NCBI GenBank assembly: GCA_039096225.1
Contig: JBBPEB010000003.1
Location: forward strand, 620,001 to 684,000
Direction of reading: 5' to 3'
DNA: 64,000 bases
From: Blastocystis sp. Blastoise
Lineage: Eukaryota > Protista > Bigyra: Opalinata
Part shown: positions 40,408 through 54,623 of the stretch, piece by piece
Layout: every line of letters starts with the position of its first letter
How positions within the stretch are numbered: position 1 is the first letter of the stretch
Notes under the pieces: model-generated
What the model saw: the letters and a program-made list of their open reading frames with translations, nothing else
What the model was told of the DNA's origin: nothing
Database searches by the model: none
Translations under genes and position numbers: made by a program

Positions 40408-41993
40408 ATTATTTATATATCTTTAGTATAACATCTTTATGATTATTATATTAAATTTATAATTTTTTTATTAATATTTTTTTTTTACTCATATTATTTT
40501 ATTAGTTTATATATTGAATAAGTAGTTTATGATCTTTCTATTTTTTCTATCAAATTTTGTTTATTAATATTTTATAAAATTTAAAGTTTCATTTACTATT
40601 TACGATATTCTATAAATTAAATAATATATGTCAATATATAATATTTTAAAACAGTATTATTTTTTTATACACTGATATTAGATATATTAATAAAAAAAAA
40701 TGTTCATATGATAAAACTAATAGAATATATGTATGATTATTTATTTAACTATATATAAACATAATAATGTTATTAAAAACTAAACTGCAAGAAAATAATA
40801 AACATGAAAAGTGTTTTCTATTATTATATATATAGAATTCACTAGTTATTCAAAAAAAGTATAAATATAAGTTACTATGCTAATATAAATATCTAATCAT
40901 ATTTTTAATAGCTATTAATCATCTACATAAGGATTTTATTATTAAATATATTTTTTAATTATATTTTTCAACTATATATAATAAAAACGATGTCTAAACT
41001 ATATATAAAGTATTTATTGTTTATGTTTTTTTTTTAATTTTTTTTGTTACAATAAACTATTATTTTGTTTTTTTAAAACATATATATATATTTTTGTAAC
41101 TATAAAATGTAGTAATATTATAAACTAAAAGAATTGGTTCATAAAAAAAGTAGCTTCTCTTTTAAATGAATAATAGATTATATATACTTTTTAAATAAAA
41201 ATAGTGTATACAAAAAATATTCTCTTGTAACTTTGTTAAAAATGTCATTCTTGTAATTTTAAACGCTTTTAAATTTATAAAATTTTGTGTAATATTGAAT
41301 ATATCATATGTAACGAAATATAAAAAGGGAAAAAAAAAGAAAATGGGAGGCCACTAATCTGTTACAACGCATAAAAAATGATGTTTTTGAATCTGTCAAA
41401 TCTGTATTGAATCCCTCAATGCATAAATAATTCTTCACAACACTAACTTGCCAATTCAAATCGAAAAATTAATAACACAAACTACACTAAGTATAATGAT
41501 TCTATATTTGATATGCCCAACATTCCACAATCATGCTACAACAAGAATAGAATAACAATTTCATAAGTCATCCATTTTCTAAACGAAACAATTCAACAAA
41601 ATATAGGTTATTTAATCGAATCGATCAAGCGAGCCTTATCTCATCAACTATATACAATCATAAATGATAATCATGCAACTTAACTATTATAAACGACGAA
41701 AAAGTGAAAGAAAAAAAAAGATTGAAATGATCTTTTAAAAAAACCGTGATTATAAAAAATATTTCATAATACGAATAATAATTTTCCCAAGAATATCCAT
41801 ATTTACGGTTAATTAGCCTAATCTCCTAAAGATTTCTTATATGATTGGCTATATTGTACATATAAGCGAATAAAATATGTCAAATAAAATAGATGTATTG
41901 GTTTTTTTCGCTTTAATATCTCTTCTCTATTGACGGTTTCTAGGACGTCATTTTCCAGATGATTTTTATATATACAGAGATGAAATCTTTTAA

Positions 41994-42511
41994 AGACCCT
42001 GGAAAAAACCGGTCATCTGGAAAAAACCGGTCCATTTTTTTTTAATGTTATTTTCATGTAAATAATAATTTTTTAACGGCAAAAAAATATATAACCACGA
42101 TTTTTAATTTTTTTTGTTTTATACACAGTTTTATCAGCAACATCATTAATATGCGAGTCATCTATATTTCCTTCCATCACTTTTGCAGCACATACCATGA
42201 TAATAGTTGATTGTCACTTCAACCTGACTTAAATTGACTTATCGAGAATAAATAAGATTACACTGTCAAAATATATTATTATATCGCAGATTTTGGTGAT
42301 AATTACCACATAACAATTCTGTCAAGTGATATGGGAAGTGGATGACATATATAGTAATGATTATATAAACAAAAATGTTTATAAAACAAAAAAAAAATGA
42401 AAAATCGTGGTTATTTTGTTTTTGTGGTTAAAAAAAAACGTATTTACATGAAAATAACATTAAAAAAAAATGGACCGGTTTTTTCCAGAGGACCGGTTTT
42501 TTCCAGGGACT
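41994..42511. mobile_element. Non-autonomous DNA transposon (MITE), 518 bp, TTAA target duplication, AG...CT ends (Kolobok-like)
   Basis: TTAA at 41990-41993 and 42512-42515. Near-perfect inverted repeat of about 70 bp (2 mismatches), degenerate to about 190 bp. Two CTGGAAAAAACCGGTC copies per arm. No ORF. Confidence 0.9.
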
Positions 42512-42566
42512 TTAATATAAATTTTAATATTTTATTTTTATTATATATTTAAGTTTTAAATAAATA

Positions 42567-45500
42567 ATGATGAAGTTTAACATCACGATATTAATCTGGA
42601 TGTTTCTCGCTTTCTGTATGTTGATTATTATTATCGTTTTAAGATCAATTCACTAAGATTTGTTTTTCTCATAGGCGTCCAAGCTTGCTCTGTTGGTGAC
42701 TATGAGGTTACTATTCAAAGAAATTATGCTGGGAATCCTGGTGAAATGATTCAACTTTATGCTGGTAAATCCACTAATTTGAGAGATACTTTTGCTTTCC
42801 GTGATGAATCCCTTGCCTCTCAAGACTCTATAGTGACTCATAAAGTCTGTTTAGATGCAAATAAAGATTATTCTCTTGAACTATCTTCAAAGTAATTAGT
42901 TAATTATATATATATGTATATTTGTAGGAATCTTACTGCTTGGGCTAAGGATTCTTATGTTAGTTTGACTTATAATAAAATAATTCTTGTTAAGTCTCGT
43001 GTAAATGCTGATGATCATGGAAAGAAAATAGTTATATTTAATTGTATTTTTTAATTAATATATATATTTATTTATATAGTATCATCTCTTGTTGATTCAA
43101 GTGCTAATTGGAAATATTCTACTTCTGTTGATTCTACTTCTTGGAAGGAAAATAAGATAGAAGAATGGGGTGAAGACTATATAAAAAAAGAAATCAAGAA
43201 TGCTGGAATTACTACTTATTTTAGAAAGGATGTAAGTGTAGATAACTCTTTTGCTGCTCTTCAATTATCTGTTCAAAGTCAAAGTGGATTCATTGTTTAT
43301 GTAAATGGAATTCAAGTGTACACTTATTTATTACCTGAGTATTTGAAGTTTATTATATTTATAGATCTTTTTTTTTATATATCTATTTATAGATCTTTTT
43401 TTTTATATTTATTTTATTTTATATATATATATTTATAATATTTATATAGATCCTCTAAAATCAATGAAAATACTCCTTCTCAATCTCTTGTAGATACTCA
43501 TGCATACAAACAGTATATATATCTTATTAACATTACTCTATACTATATATAGTATTATTGTTCCTAAAGAATTACTTATTTCCTCTGTTTCTCTTACTAC
43601 ATTGAAAATAGCTATTGAATTACATACTACTGCTGATCATCCTGAACTTCTTTCTTCTTTTGATGTTCTTACTTATATAACAAATTCTAAAGGTATATAA
43701 ATAATTATTAATTAATAATATATATATATTATAGATTCTATGGATACCCTCTCTATGCTTGCATCTAGAAGACTACAGGATATCCCTGAATATACTATGA
43801 ACGCCTTTGAAGAGAATCAATCTATTGATTTCTCTACTATATTATCCCTTTCATTATCGAATTGTGTTCTATCTACTGATTTACCTACTGGTTTAACTCT
43901 ATCTTCTAATGGCATTCTTTCTGGTACTCCTAAAGAAGTTAAATCTGCTGAATATACTCTTTCTTATAACTATGGTGAAGATGGCAGTTCTTCAAATACT
44001 TATATATTTAATCTTCAAATATTATGTAATCCTACTAGTTGCTCACATGTACGTATTAATAGAATTACGACATATAATGCTTTTAAAGAAAAAATTATAA
44101 TTAAATCAGAAGATGGAACTGAAATTGCTACTTTACTTCAAGATGAGTATTTAGATATAAATTATGATTATTATGGTGCTGTAGGTACTTGGTCTTTTGA
44201 GTTAATAGAAAAAAATAATAGTTTTTGGAATGAAGAGTCGCTTATGATAGTATATGTTATAGATGATCTTAGTAGTACATATATTCTTGTTTCTAAAATC
44301 AGAGCCATGTATAAATCTCCTGAAATCTATTATGTTAATACTAATTATTCTATGTTAATGAAATCTGAATGGAAATATAATTCTTATGATTCTTTACCTA
44401 CAGAATGGTATGGATCTTCTATTGATGATTCTACTTGGTCTACTGCTGATGGTGCCACTGCTATCACTCCTACTGCCACGAATCAATATTTTGTATTCCG
44501 TAAGACTATTAACACTCCTTCTATTACTAATCAAAAGTACTTTATATTAAGTTATAAATCATTATCAAATACAAAGATCTATATAAATAATCATGAACTT
44601 GCAGCACATGGATTTAAAGATGGTTATTTAGATTCAACAGATGCCTCTACTATTATAGAACAAACAGCAACAGGTCCTCTCTCTCTATTTGACAATCAAA
44701 ATACTATTACTATTTCTGTATTACTCTATGATAAACAACATACTATTGATATATCTTTTGATGCTTCTCTTCTAATGGTTGCCGATAATAATCTTCCAGT
44801 TTATGGTGATTATGGTATCACAGTGTCAAATTATTTATCGTCTTCTAATTATGATTATATTGTAGATTTAAATTTTAACACAATAATGTATATGACAGGT
44901 AAAACAGATAAGACAAACCCTATATTATCAATAACAGTTAAAGATGGATACAAATATATAAATAGATACTGTATAACTTATCCTAGTGACCAATATCTTT
45001 ATGCTCCAACATCATGGAAAGTGGAATCTATAGATATAAATGGTAATCGTCATGAACACTCAGTTGTATCGGATGCATTTAATTCTTATAGTTCTACAAG
45101 AAGATGTTTCTTCTTATCTGATGTTACTACAGCAATCAATAAAATAGAATTTACATTAACAAATAATATGATTAATAAAGTTAAGGATTATTATTATATT
45201 TCTGAGATTGAATTCTTCGTAGATGATATTACTTCTGATACATTACCATTATTATCTACTTCTTCTAATCCTTATATAGCTTATGATAATACAACTATAA
45301 CTATATCATTTACTAATTCGGAATATTATCGTGATTTTACTATTATTCCTTCTCTTCCTGATGGAATAACTTTTAATACTAATACTGGTTCTATATATGG
45401 TATTATTCATGGTGAAAATGGTAATACTGATTATACTATACATGCTACGTCTGTAATTGGTACATCATATGAATATACATTAACTATTTCCATTCAATCA

Positions 45501-48500
45501 TGTCAATTTCCTAATAATTTTGTTAATATCCAGTTTGAATATGAACAAGAAGCTATTTACAGAGTTCTTTTAAAAGATATTGCTGCAATTCGGTTACCAA
45601 AAAGAATATATCATATCTCTGAAAGAAGTTCAGAAGACTATAATTTATGTTTATCTCCATCAATATATTCCTTATCTATGTCTATTCAGTATGGTGAATC
45701 AAATTCAGTATCACATATTTATGTTAATAATAAATATTATAGTGAATTTGATCAGAATAATAATGGTTATTTGAATTTCAATCAATTTGCTGATGCATCT
45801 AAAATGCCCATAACTTATTCTTATGATAATATAACTCCTCCTAAACATTGGACTACGAATCTATTTAATGATAATTTATGGTCTACTGTTCCTTCTTCTT
45901 CTTCTCTTCCTGATGTTCCTAATGATAGTATTACTCAATATTATAGAATGCATTATATTATAGATGAAGCAATATATACAGATTATACATTAGATATAAC
46001 TGTATCTACCTATGCTGGTGTGATCATATATATAAATGGTTATGAACTAAGAAGAGTAAATATGGATAATGGTGATAATGTAGAATACAATACATTAGCT
46101 AGCTCTGAATATAATGAATATAAATCATTTAGAACTGCTATCAGTACTTTTATTGATCCAAATATACGTCTTATGGGTGATAATGTTATTGCGATTGAAA
46201 TACATAGATATAATAATATTATTCAACCAAATAATGGATTTTCAATAACAATTAGTTTTATCCATCAAGGAAATTTATCAGTAGAGGGTTCGTGGTCTAT
46301 TAATGCTGAAGCTGATCCTGAATATCCATTAAGTAATTTATATGATAATAATGATAATACGTTCACAAAAGTACTTAATAAATGTTCAAATACTATATTC
46401 ACCTATACATATAATGATGAAACATGCATAGATATAAAATCTTTTTATTTATATTATAACCATGATATGAGTATATCATATAGTCCTGAATCTATTGTAA
46501 TAGAAGGAAGTAATAATAATGGTGCACAATGGGATGAAGTATTTTTAATGGATAAAATGAGTATGAATAAATATTATAAGGAGACATTATATTTAAATAA
46601 ATGTTATAATTCATATCGAATGAGAATTACAAAATGTGGAATAGATACAGAAATTACTGAGAGTAAAAGTGAAATTATGACTATTCTAAATGAACTAGAA
46701 TACTATGATAATGATTATCATGGTTGTGTAGATAGTGAATGGTCTTCAGCTAGATTGAATAAATATTCTTATAAGATTTGTCCTAAAGGATATACTAGTA
46801 ATGCAAAATGTTTATGTGTAGATGACACATTACAAGAAATTGAAGGTGATTCAACATGTATAAAGATGAATCCTTCTGAATTATATTTTGAAGAAACAAA
46901 TATTATTATTAAAAAGAATAATTTCTATGAACAATATTATACAATAGATAGTGTTGATACTGTTATTACTAGTTCTCCTACTCTTCCTGAAGGTATTATT
47001 ATAGATTCTGTAACTCAAAAAATTTATGGTACTCCTACTAGTGTATCTCCTTTAACTACTTATACTCTCTCTTATACTAATAATGAAGGCACTATTGTTG
47101 ACTTATATCAAATCTCTATTACAGTTACGGATATACCATGTTTAGCTGATAATAATTGGCCAGAAACTAACTCTGATTCTACTGCTTCTCTTCCTTGTCC
47201 TCAAGGATATATAAATAATCAACATAGATATTGTAATAATAAAGGTGAATGGGAAGAACCTAATACTAATGAATGTATATTTACTTCTACTCCTTGTACT
47301 GGTACTACATATTATAATGGTAATGAATGTGTAGAATGTATAAATGGTTATGTAACTTCATTAAATGGTAATAATTATTTATGTACTCCTTGTAATGAAA
47401 ATGAAGTTGTTATTAATAATAAATGTTATCCTAGTGGTGCTACTTGTCCTGCTAGTACTATTGATTCCTATTTATATCCTGAAACTGATATATTAAAGAA
47501 TGTTGCTGTTAATTGTACTAATGAGAATCAATATGGCTATTACAAAGTATTTTGTGATTACATATCTGAACCTACTTGGTCTAATGATATTCAGAAAGAT
47601 CTTTGTTGTATGTTTTATTATTATTTTTATTTTTATATTAATATTTATTATTATATTTATTATCATATTTATTATCATATTTATTATCATATTTATTATC
47701 ATCTATAGATCCTCGACCTGTTTCTATTCCTGGTAAAGCTTTAGAATCATTAGATTATTCTATGCAATTAAAGACAACTATTGATGATATTTATTCTTTA
47801 TTAGAATCTTTAGCAAGAACCTTTGTAAATACTTATTCATATCAACTTACAGATCTTCTTCTAACCACAGATTATATAGCTGGTGATGATTCCATTACTT
47901 CTCTTCTTCTTCATGTATATTATGGTTCAAATAGAGATTTCTATTCTACTGATTCTTCTTCTAAAAGACAATTATTTATGAATTCAATCACGAATTATCA
48001 AAATACTCCATTCAGTTCTTCTTCTTCTCTTCTTAATAGTCATGCTACTTTATATGCTGATAAAGAATACTGTCTCTATTCTGATGACCACTATAAAGAT
48101 ATTGAATTGAATAATTATCGTTCATTCATGGTTGAACATGATCAAAAAACTTATGGTACAACATATTTCTGTAAACAAGTTCAATTAAGTTATGTTATAG
48201 TTCCTATAAGAACAGTAAAACAACCAGATGGAAATATAAAAGCATTTGCATTTGTTTTCGATGGCTTCCCACAAAAAATGATTCAACCTGATATATTTAT
48301 TTCTATATATAGATCTATTTTGATATCTAGTAAAGTTCCCTTATCTCAATTAAATAACGTTGGTGTAGATTCAAATGTATATGAATTTGAAGGGGTAACT
48401 ATGTTGGTGTTTATACTTAATATACCAAATGAAGTTTTAGTTGAAAGCGCAACAATTTCCAGTTATTTTGATGAAGATGTATTAAAGAATCAATTAAAGA

Positions 48501-48553
48501 AAATAATTCCTTTTAGTTATACTTCAGTTGAAATTCTGTACCAAGAGATGTAA
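42567..48553 (+). CDS. Large secreted or surface protein with repeated galactose-binding-like, putative Ig, discoidin-like and HRM-like Cys modules; multi-exon; paralogue of 8666-10878
   Basis: Signal peptide MMKFNITILIWMFLAFCVQA; GFIVYVNG, GVIIYINGYELRRVN..GDNVIAIEIHR; LPTGL/LPDGI/LPEGI..G.P repeats; CLADNNWPET..CPQG..RYC..GEW. GT-AG introns join the ORFs in frame. Confidence 0.8.
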
Positions 48554-50912
48554 TAGAATACTATGATTAGTTCAAATATTATCTCTACATATATATACTA
48601 ATGATTATAGTATTATCTTCTTAAATCATTTCATTATTTATTTTATACACATCTCTTTTATTTATTATGATATTCTTACATTTTTAACTTCATATATATT
48701 TTCTTTAACTCGCATATAAATCTTTTTTCAATATATATATATATATTTAATTCTATATTGTTTGCATATAATAAATTTCTTTATATTTAATTATTAATAA
48801 AAATTACATTAATACATTTACATATACTCTTATATATAAACATACTAATAACTATTCATATTTTATATATTTCATTCTTTTTTTATATATTTTCAGTTGA
48901 AATAGCGATTTTTATTAAATTATATATAAATTTTTATTCATTTTTTATGATGATATTCCTTTATTATTTTATATTTTGTAACTATATCTATATTACCTAT
49001 ATATCATACATATTTTCACATCAATATCTATTATTATTCTTATTATTTATATACATATAGAAACATTATATAATTAATAATACTATTATCATCATACAAT
49101 ATTTCATTTTACTTATTCCCAAATACTATAGATATATCTTGCTGTTTTCTTTCTTGATATACTTCTCTTATTACTCAAAACATAATTCTATCAAGTTTTT
49201 TTATTCATAGAATTCTTGATATTCATATTTAACCTTATATTTCTTTTCTTTTTTAATATATATATCTTTTCATAACAATATAATTATCTATTCTTTTTAT
49301 TATTCGAGATTCAACTCTACTATTTTGTTTTGTTAGTCTCAGTATATATCTTTTTATGAGTTATATTTCATGAATAATTTATATGAAAGTAATAGATATT
49401 AATATATATATTTAATTGAGTTTTTAAGAGATTCACATAGTATTTCTCACTAATTTCACTAATAATTCCTTTTAAAATCAAGATGCTACTATTCTATATG
49501 TTTTTGCTAAAGTAGTTAATAATGGGTTATAACACGTATTCTAATAAGATTTTCATTGACTTAATTCACTTTTTTAAAACTATTTAATTGATATGTTCAG
49601 TTAAACTTAACTTTTATTTACTAATAACTATAGAATTATACCACTAATACAACTATTTTATTATTTTATTGTTGATAATTTTTATAAAACCATTCTTACC
49701 AGTGATATGATAACAAACCGATAAATAATTTTTGTTAAAGAAAGAATAGTTATCTATTTTTTTCATGTTATTATTGTTTATATTATTATCTATAGATTTA
49801 ATTATATATATTTTAGAGAGTAAGTAATCTGTTATATTGTTTTATTTAGAATATATTATACATACCAATAGAATTAAATAGGTTATTTATACATATTAAT
49901 AAGTATATATATATCTATTTTATTTATCATAGAGTTCATAAAAAAATAGTATAATCAAAACATATTGAATATATATTTAAAAATATTAATAAAATATATC
50001 TTTCTTTTAATGATAATATACTTGAGAGAAAGAGTTAAATAAGTAGATTTGTAGAAATAAATTAAATATAAAAAACTTTGAATATCTGTAATGGTATAGA
50101 AAGAAAGAGATTTAGTGATATACCTATTAACAGTACAAATAATACATACAACTTCATATTGCATTTCATTTAATAGAAGAGTTTAAACGCGATTAACACT
50201 AATTATAGTTTAATTTTTATAAAGAAAAGAGTAGATAATTTTAAATATAATAATTAGATTTGAAGAGAGTAGATATATTTAATGTGATTTCACTTCAGAA
50301 CATACGAATAATGTTCCTTTGATAATCATTTCATATATAAAACTATATTTCACATTTTAATAGACATTAAAATGATATTTTAAGCCAAATATCATTCATT
50401 TTTATTAATTTGATTTTTAAAAATATCGTGTTTGAAAGAATAATTAATATATTTGATTGCAACATCACCTTTCTATATAATATTAATAATCTAAACAAAG
50501 TGAATACTTCATTTTAACAATTTGAGTGACATAATTACAACTATTTTTAATTTTATTGAGAATATATATATAATACACCATGGTAGAAACATAAAGAAAA
50601 TCTTATTTTAAGTGAATACAAATAATATGCTTTGAAAAAGTGAATAATATGTTTTCTTTCTGAAATCTTCATGAATCTCAAATAAGTTCATCTGAAAAAG
50701 ACTGAGTAAAAACCGTGGAAACTCTTATTATGTCGAGTCATTTTCTAAATTTTCATGAATACGATCTTTTCGACAAGATATTTATTTAGTTCTAATAATT
50801 CATTCTATTTATTATTTATTAAACAATTCTTAAAGTATTTATTAGTTGTTTATATAAAGATATATCTTTTAAAAATAATAATAACATATTATCCTTCTGT
50901 AATTATAGTTGA

Positions 50913-52600
50913 ATGCAAGTAATGTCTACAACAGAATTTCGATTAACTGAAGATAAATGTATTTGAATATTGTTAAGAAATATTTATTTGATTCTCTAGA
51001 TTTATTTACATTTCAAGATGAGAGTCAAATATGGATTTCAAAAGAATTTATTGAAAAATATCAACAATTACAATTTTATAATATTATTGAGCACTCTGAG
51101 AAATATGATGATGGTACTTATTATGTAGATATGCCTCCTTTTCATATGAATAAAGTGATTCATTTTTTGATGCAAGATAACATGGATGTATTTTCATTAA
51201 ATTTGAAAGATAGTTATGATATATATAAAACACTTATTGAATATTCAGTTACGATTGATAATGAAATACAAAGTGATTTATTATATCATGTAAAGGATAT
51301 ATTTTATAAATATTTGAAAGACAACAATTATGATATATATTATTCATATACCATAGAATCGTGTATGCCTATGGAATTATTCAATTTAGAAAGGAAAGCA
51401 ATATGTTCTAATGGTATATATATATATATATAAATAAATATATATATATAGGATTAATAACTTCACAACGAAAGGATGAATTGTTATATTATTCTCTTCT
51501 TATAAAAATGATGAATATTACTAAAGTTGTAATTATATGTATATATATAATAATATAATATAAATAATAATCATACATAGATGATTATTCTTCGAATATT
51601 CCATTAGAATATATATATCCATCGTGTATAAAAGATATATTCACTTCATTAAAAGAATTAAAGATTATTGGTATATATGTATAATGATATATATATATAT
51701 ATAGTAACAACGCATTATAATAAAACTGAACTATTATTAAATCCAAATAGTGATGAATATATAATGGAATATAATCGCTTATTTTATAAATATGATTATG
51801 AAATAGAGAATCCTGAAGAATATGAATATTATAATGAATCAGAGATGAATGAATATAATAAGATTTCTTGTTTAGATCATAATAAATTATATTATTCACA
51901 TGATTTAATTAATTCCTATAATGAAAAAAGAGATAAGAATGAATTACCTAAATTATATAAATATATTGTTAATGAAGCTATATATACAAAAGAGTATTCA
52001 AATGTAGAAACTAATGAAGAAGAAGAAGATGAATACACATTAGATGATATAGTTATTATTGACTATGATAGTATATATATACTAAAAAATATTTAATTTA
52101 TTATTATTATATAGCTAAAACAAATGATAAAAGATTCATGTAAATAATATATTATTTTTCATTACACATTTTATTCTAATATATTAAATAGTATTGATGA
52201 AGTATATACTAAGCATGGTATATCTCAATTATTACTTCTTCCTTCCTATATGTGTATTTCAAAAATCATTTTAAATGAATATTTATATGATAAAATTGAT
52301 CCTATGTGTTTTATAAAATTATTTGAAGAAGGTGTTTTTGATTCTTTAACTATATTAAGTATTGACTGGAGTATTTTTTTCGTACTAGTATTATTAATAT
52401 TATAATTTTATATAGTTAAGAGTTTAACAAATAAAATTGATGAGAATCTATATAACAAAATAATGATAACTCATATATTTCCTAATGTTACTGAACTTAT
52501 ATATGATGATGAAGATGATAATGATAATGATAGTGATGATAATGATGATGATGATGATGATGAAGATGAAGATGATAATGATAATGATGGTATATATATA

Positions 52601-52632
<32 letters not shown>

Positions 52633-54623
52633 TATAGAATCTTTCCAATTATCTTCAATAAAAAAAGAATGCTTCCCAAAATTACATATTATCAATTACG
52701 ACATTTATATAAGTATATTAATTTATTAATAATTAAAATTATTATTCTTAATTTAGCTACAAAGAATTTTAAGTCTCTATTTCCTGATTATTTAATGTCT
52801 ATGATTGATACTATTCATATAAATAAAATTGATAGTTATGAAAAAGAGGAAATAGTTCTTCGTTTAGATGAAATAGTTTATACTCATTCAATTCATATTA
52901 ATATAAATAGTATAATTATGTATATTATATATTTTTTTACATTTAAGAATATAATACTATATATATAATTTATTATATTTGTTTGCTTATAATATAGATG
53001 ATTTTATTTGTTATCTCCCACATCTAAAAGAGTTATTAGCTAAAAATCTGATTTCAATTGATTATCTTTCACGTATGAAATATTCTTTATTATTTTAATT
53101 GTTAATTGTTAATTTTATATATTTTATAAACTATTCTATATAGTTGATTCTTCTCGTTCTGCTAATATAGATTTGTTTGAGTCTATTGAAAATAATAAGC
53201 AAAATATTGATTGTTTATATATAGAATTTAGAGGTATTTTTAAATAAAGATTATACATATTTATTGTTGATCTATAATAATAATACTAGTATTTATTCAT
53301 TTATAGATGATAAAGATAATGAAGATGATGTCAGAAATGCATTAGAAAGATTCTTAAATACTGATATATTAAAACATTTGAATTATTTATATGTTTCATT
53401 TGATGATGATATAAGTATAGAATATATAACATGGATATCAACAATTTTTAATGATAATACGTTTAATACTATTCATAAATTAGAAATTGATTGTATATTA
53501 TATTATAAAATATATGAATATATATATAGTAAGTTCTATGGAAGAAGACTCATCATCAGAGTATTTAACTATATATGAAAATATAGTAGAGAAATTAATT
53601 TTTAAGGCTTCTATTGTTACAATAAGTAGTAATTATTTATATATATGTAATTATTTTGTTAATAAATAATTTATTCAATTAATTTTTAATTACTATTATT
53701 ATTAGATAGTTTTATGACTTTTATAAATCGATTAATTCCTACAGGTTGTTTCCATAGAACAACTCAATTAAATCTAGGTATATATATTATATGATATAGT
53801 GTTTTACCTATAATATATTACATTTCATCCTAATCTTTTTATGAATTTTAATTTAGATATTGATGATACACCAGATGATAATTTTTGTAAACTATATACT
53901 ACAGATAATTTTCCTCAACTAAAGTCTATCAAGTTTTGTATATATTTTAATAATAATGTTTTTTTTTATTATGAATCATATATATTTATGTATACATATT
54001 TCTTTATATAAAAATAATTTTTTTTAAATAATACATGTATATATAGATGAACGTTACAATATAGAACAGTGGCTAGATTTTATTAAAACATTTTGTAGAT
54101 ATATGAATAATAATAACTTTCTATCTTCAAGTATTGTCCGATTAGGTGGTATGTCATAAATAAAATGATTCTATTCATATTGATTAATATCGTTATTCTA
54201 TAGTCTATGAAGATGATAATTATGATGATTATATTTATGACCCAAATAATTCAATTCTTCGATGTAAATATGATAGTAATTCATTTATAAATACAATTAT
54301 TGGTACCCAAAGTATATATTTTTTTATAATAACATATTATATATATAGATGCAACAATGAGTAAATATGAGATAGAAACATTATTAGAGTGTATTAATGA
54401 AAATAAAACTCAAAATATAAAAAGTTTAGCATTATATATTTATGATGATGAACAATTATCAAAACTTACTAAATGTATTACTACTGGAAAATTTCCTAAA
54501 TTGAAAGCATTGAATTTTTGTTTAGATGATGATATTTCATCTGAACAAGCTAATATCTGCAAACAACAATTAAAGGATTCTTCATTTATTCAGGAAAATC
54601 ACGTGTATTATAAATTTTACTAA
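50913..54623 (+). CDS. BTB/POZ-like N-terminal domain plus degenerate LRR-like (FPxLxxI) repeats, 19 exons
   Basis: Open spliced frame through exons 50913-50958, 51000-51413, 51452-51538, 51581-51670, 51705-52070, 52115-52139, 52192-52370, 52416-52589, 52638-52712, 52757-52909, 52998-53072, 53144-53233, 53307-53492, 53530-53628, 53706-53777, 53857-53937, 54047-54148, 54204-54311 and 54349-54623. Repeats FTSLKEL, FDSLTIL, FPNVTEL, FPKLHII, LPHLKEL, FPQLKSI, FPKLKAL. Domain names are by eye. Confidence 0.75.

Noticed and set aside
41994-42511. The MITE as a derivative of the CACTA-like transposase at 62.3 kb
   Set aside because: A TTAA duplication and AG..CT ends do not fit the CAC-type termini and 2-3 bp duplications of CMC elements.
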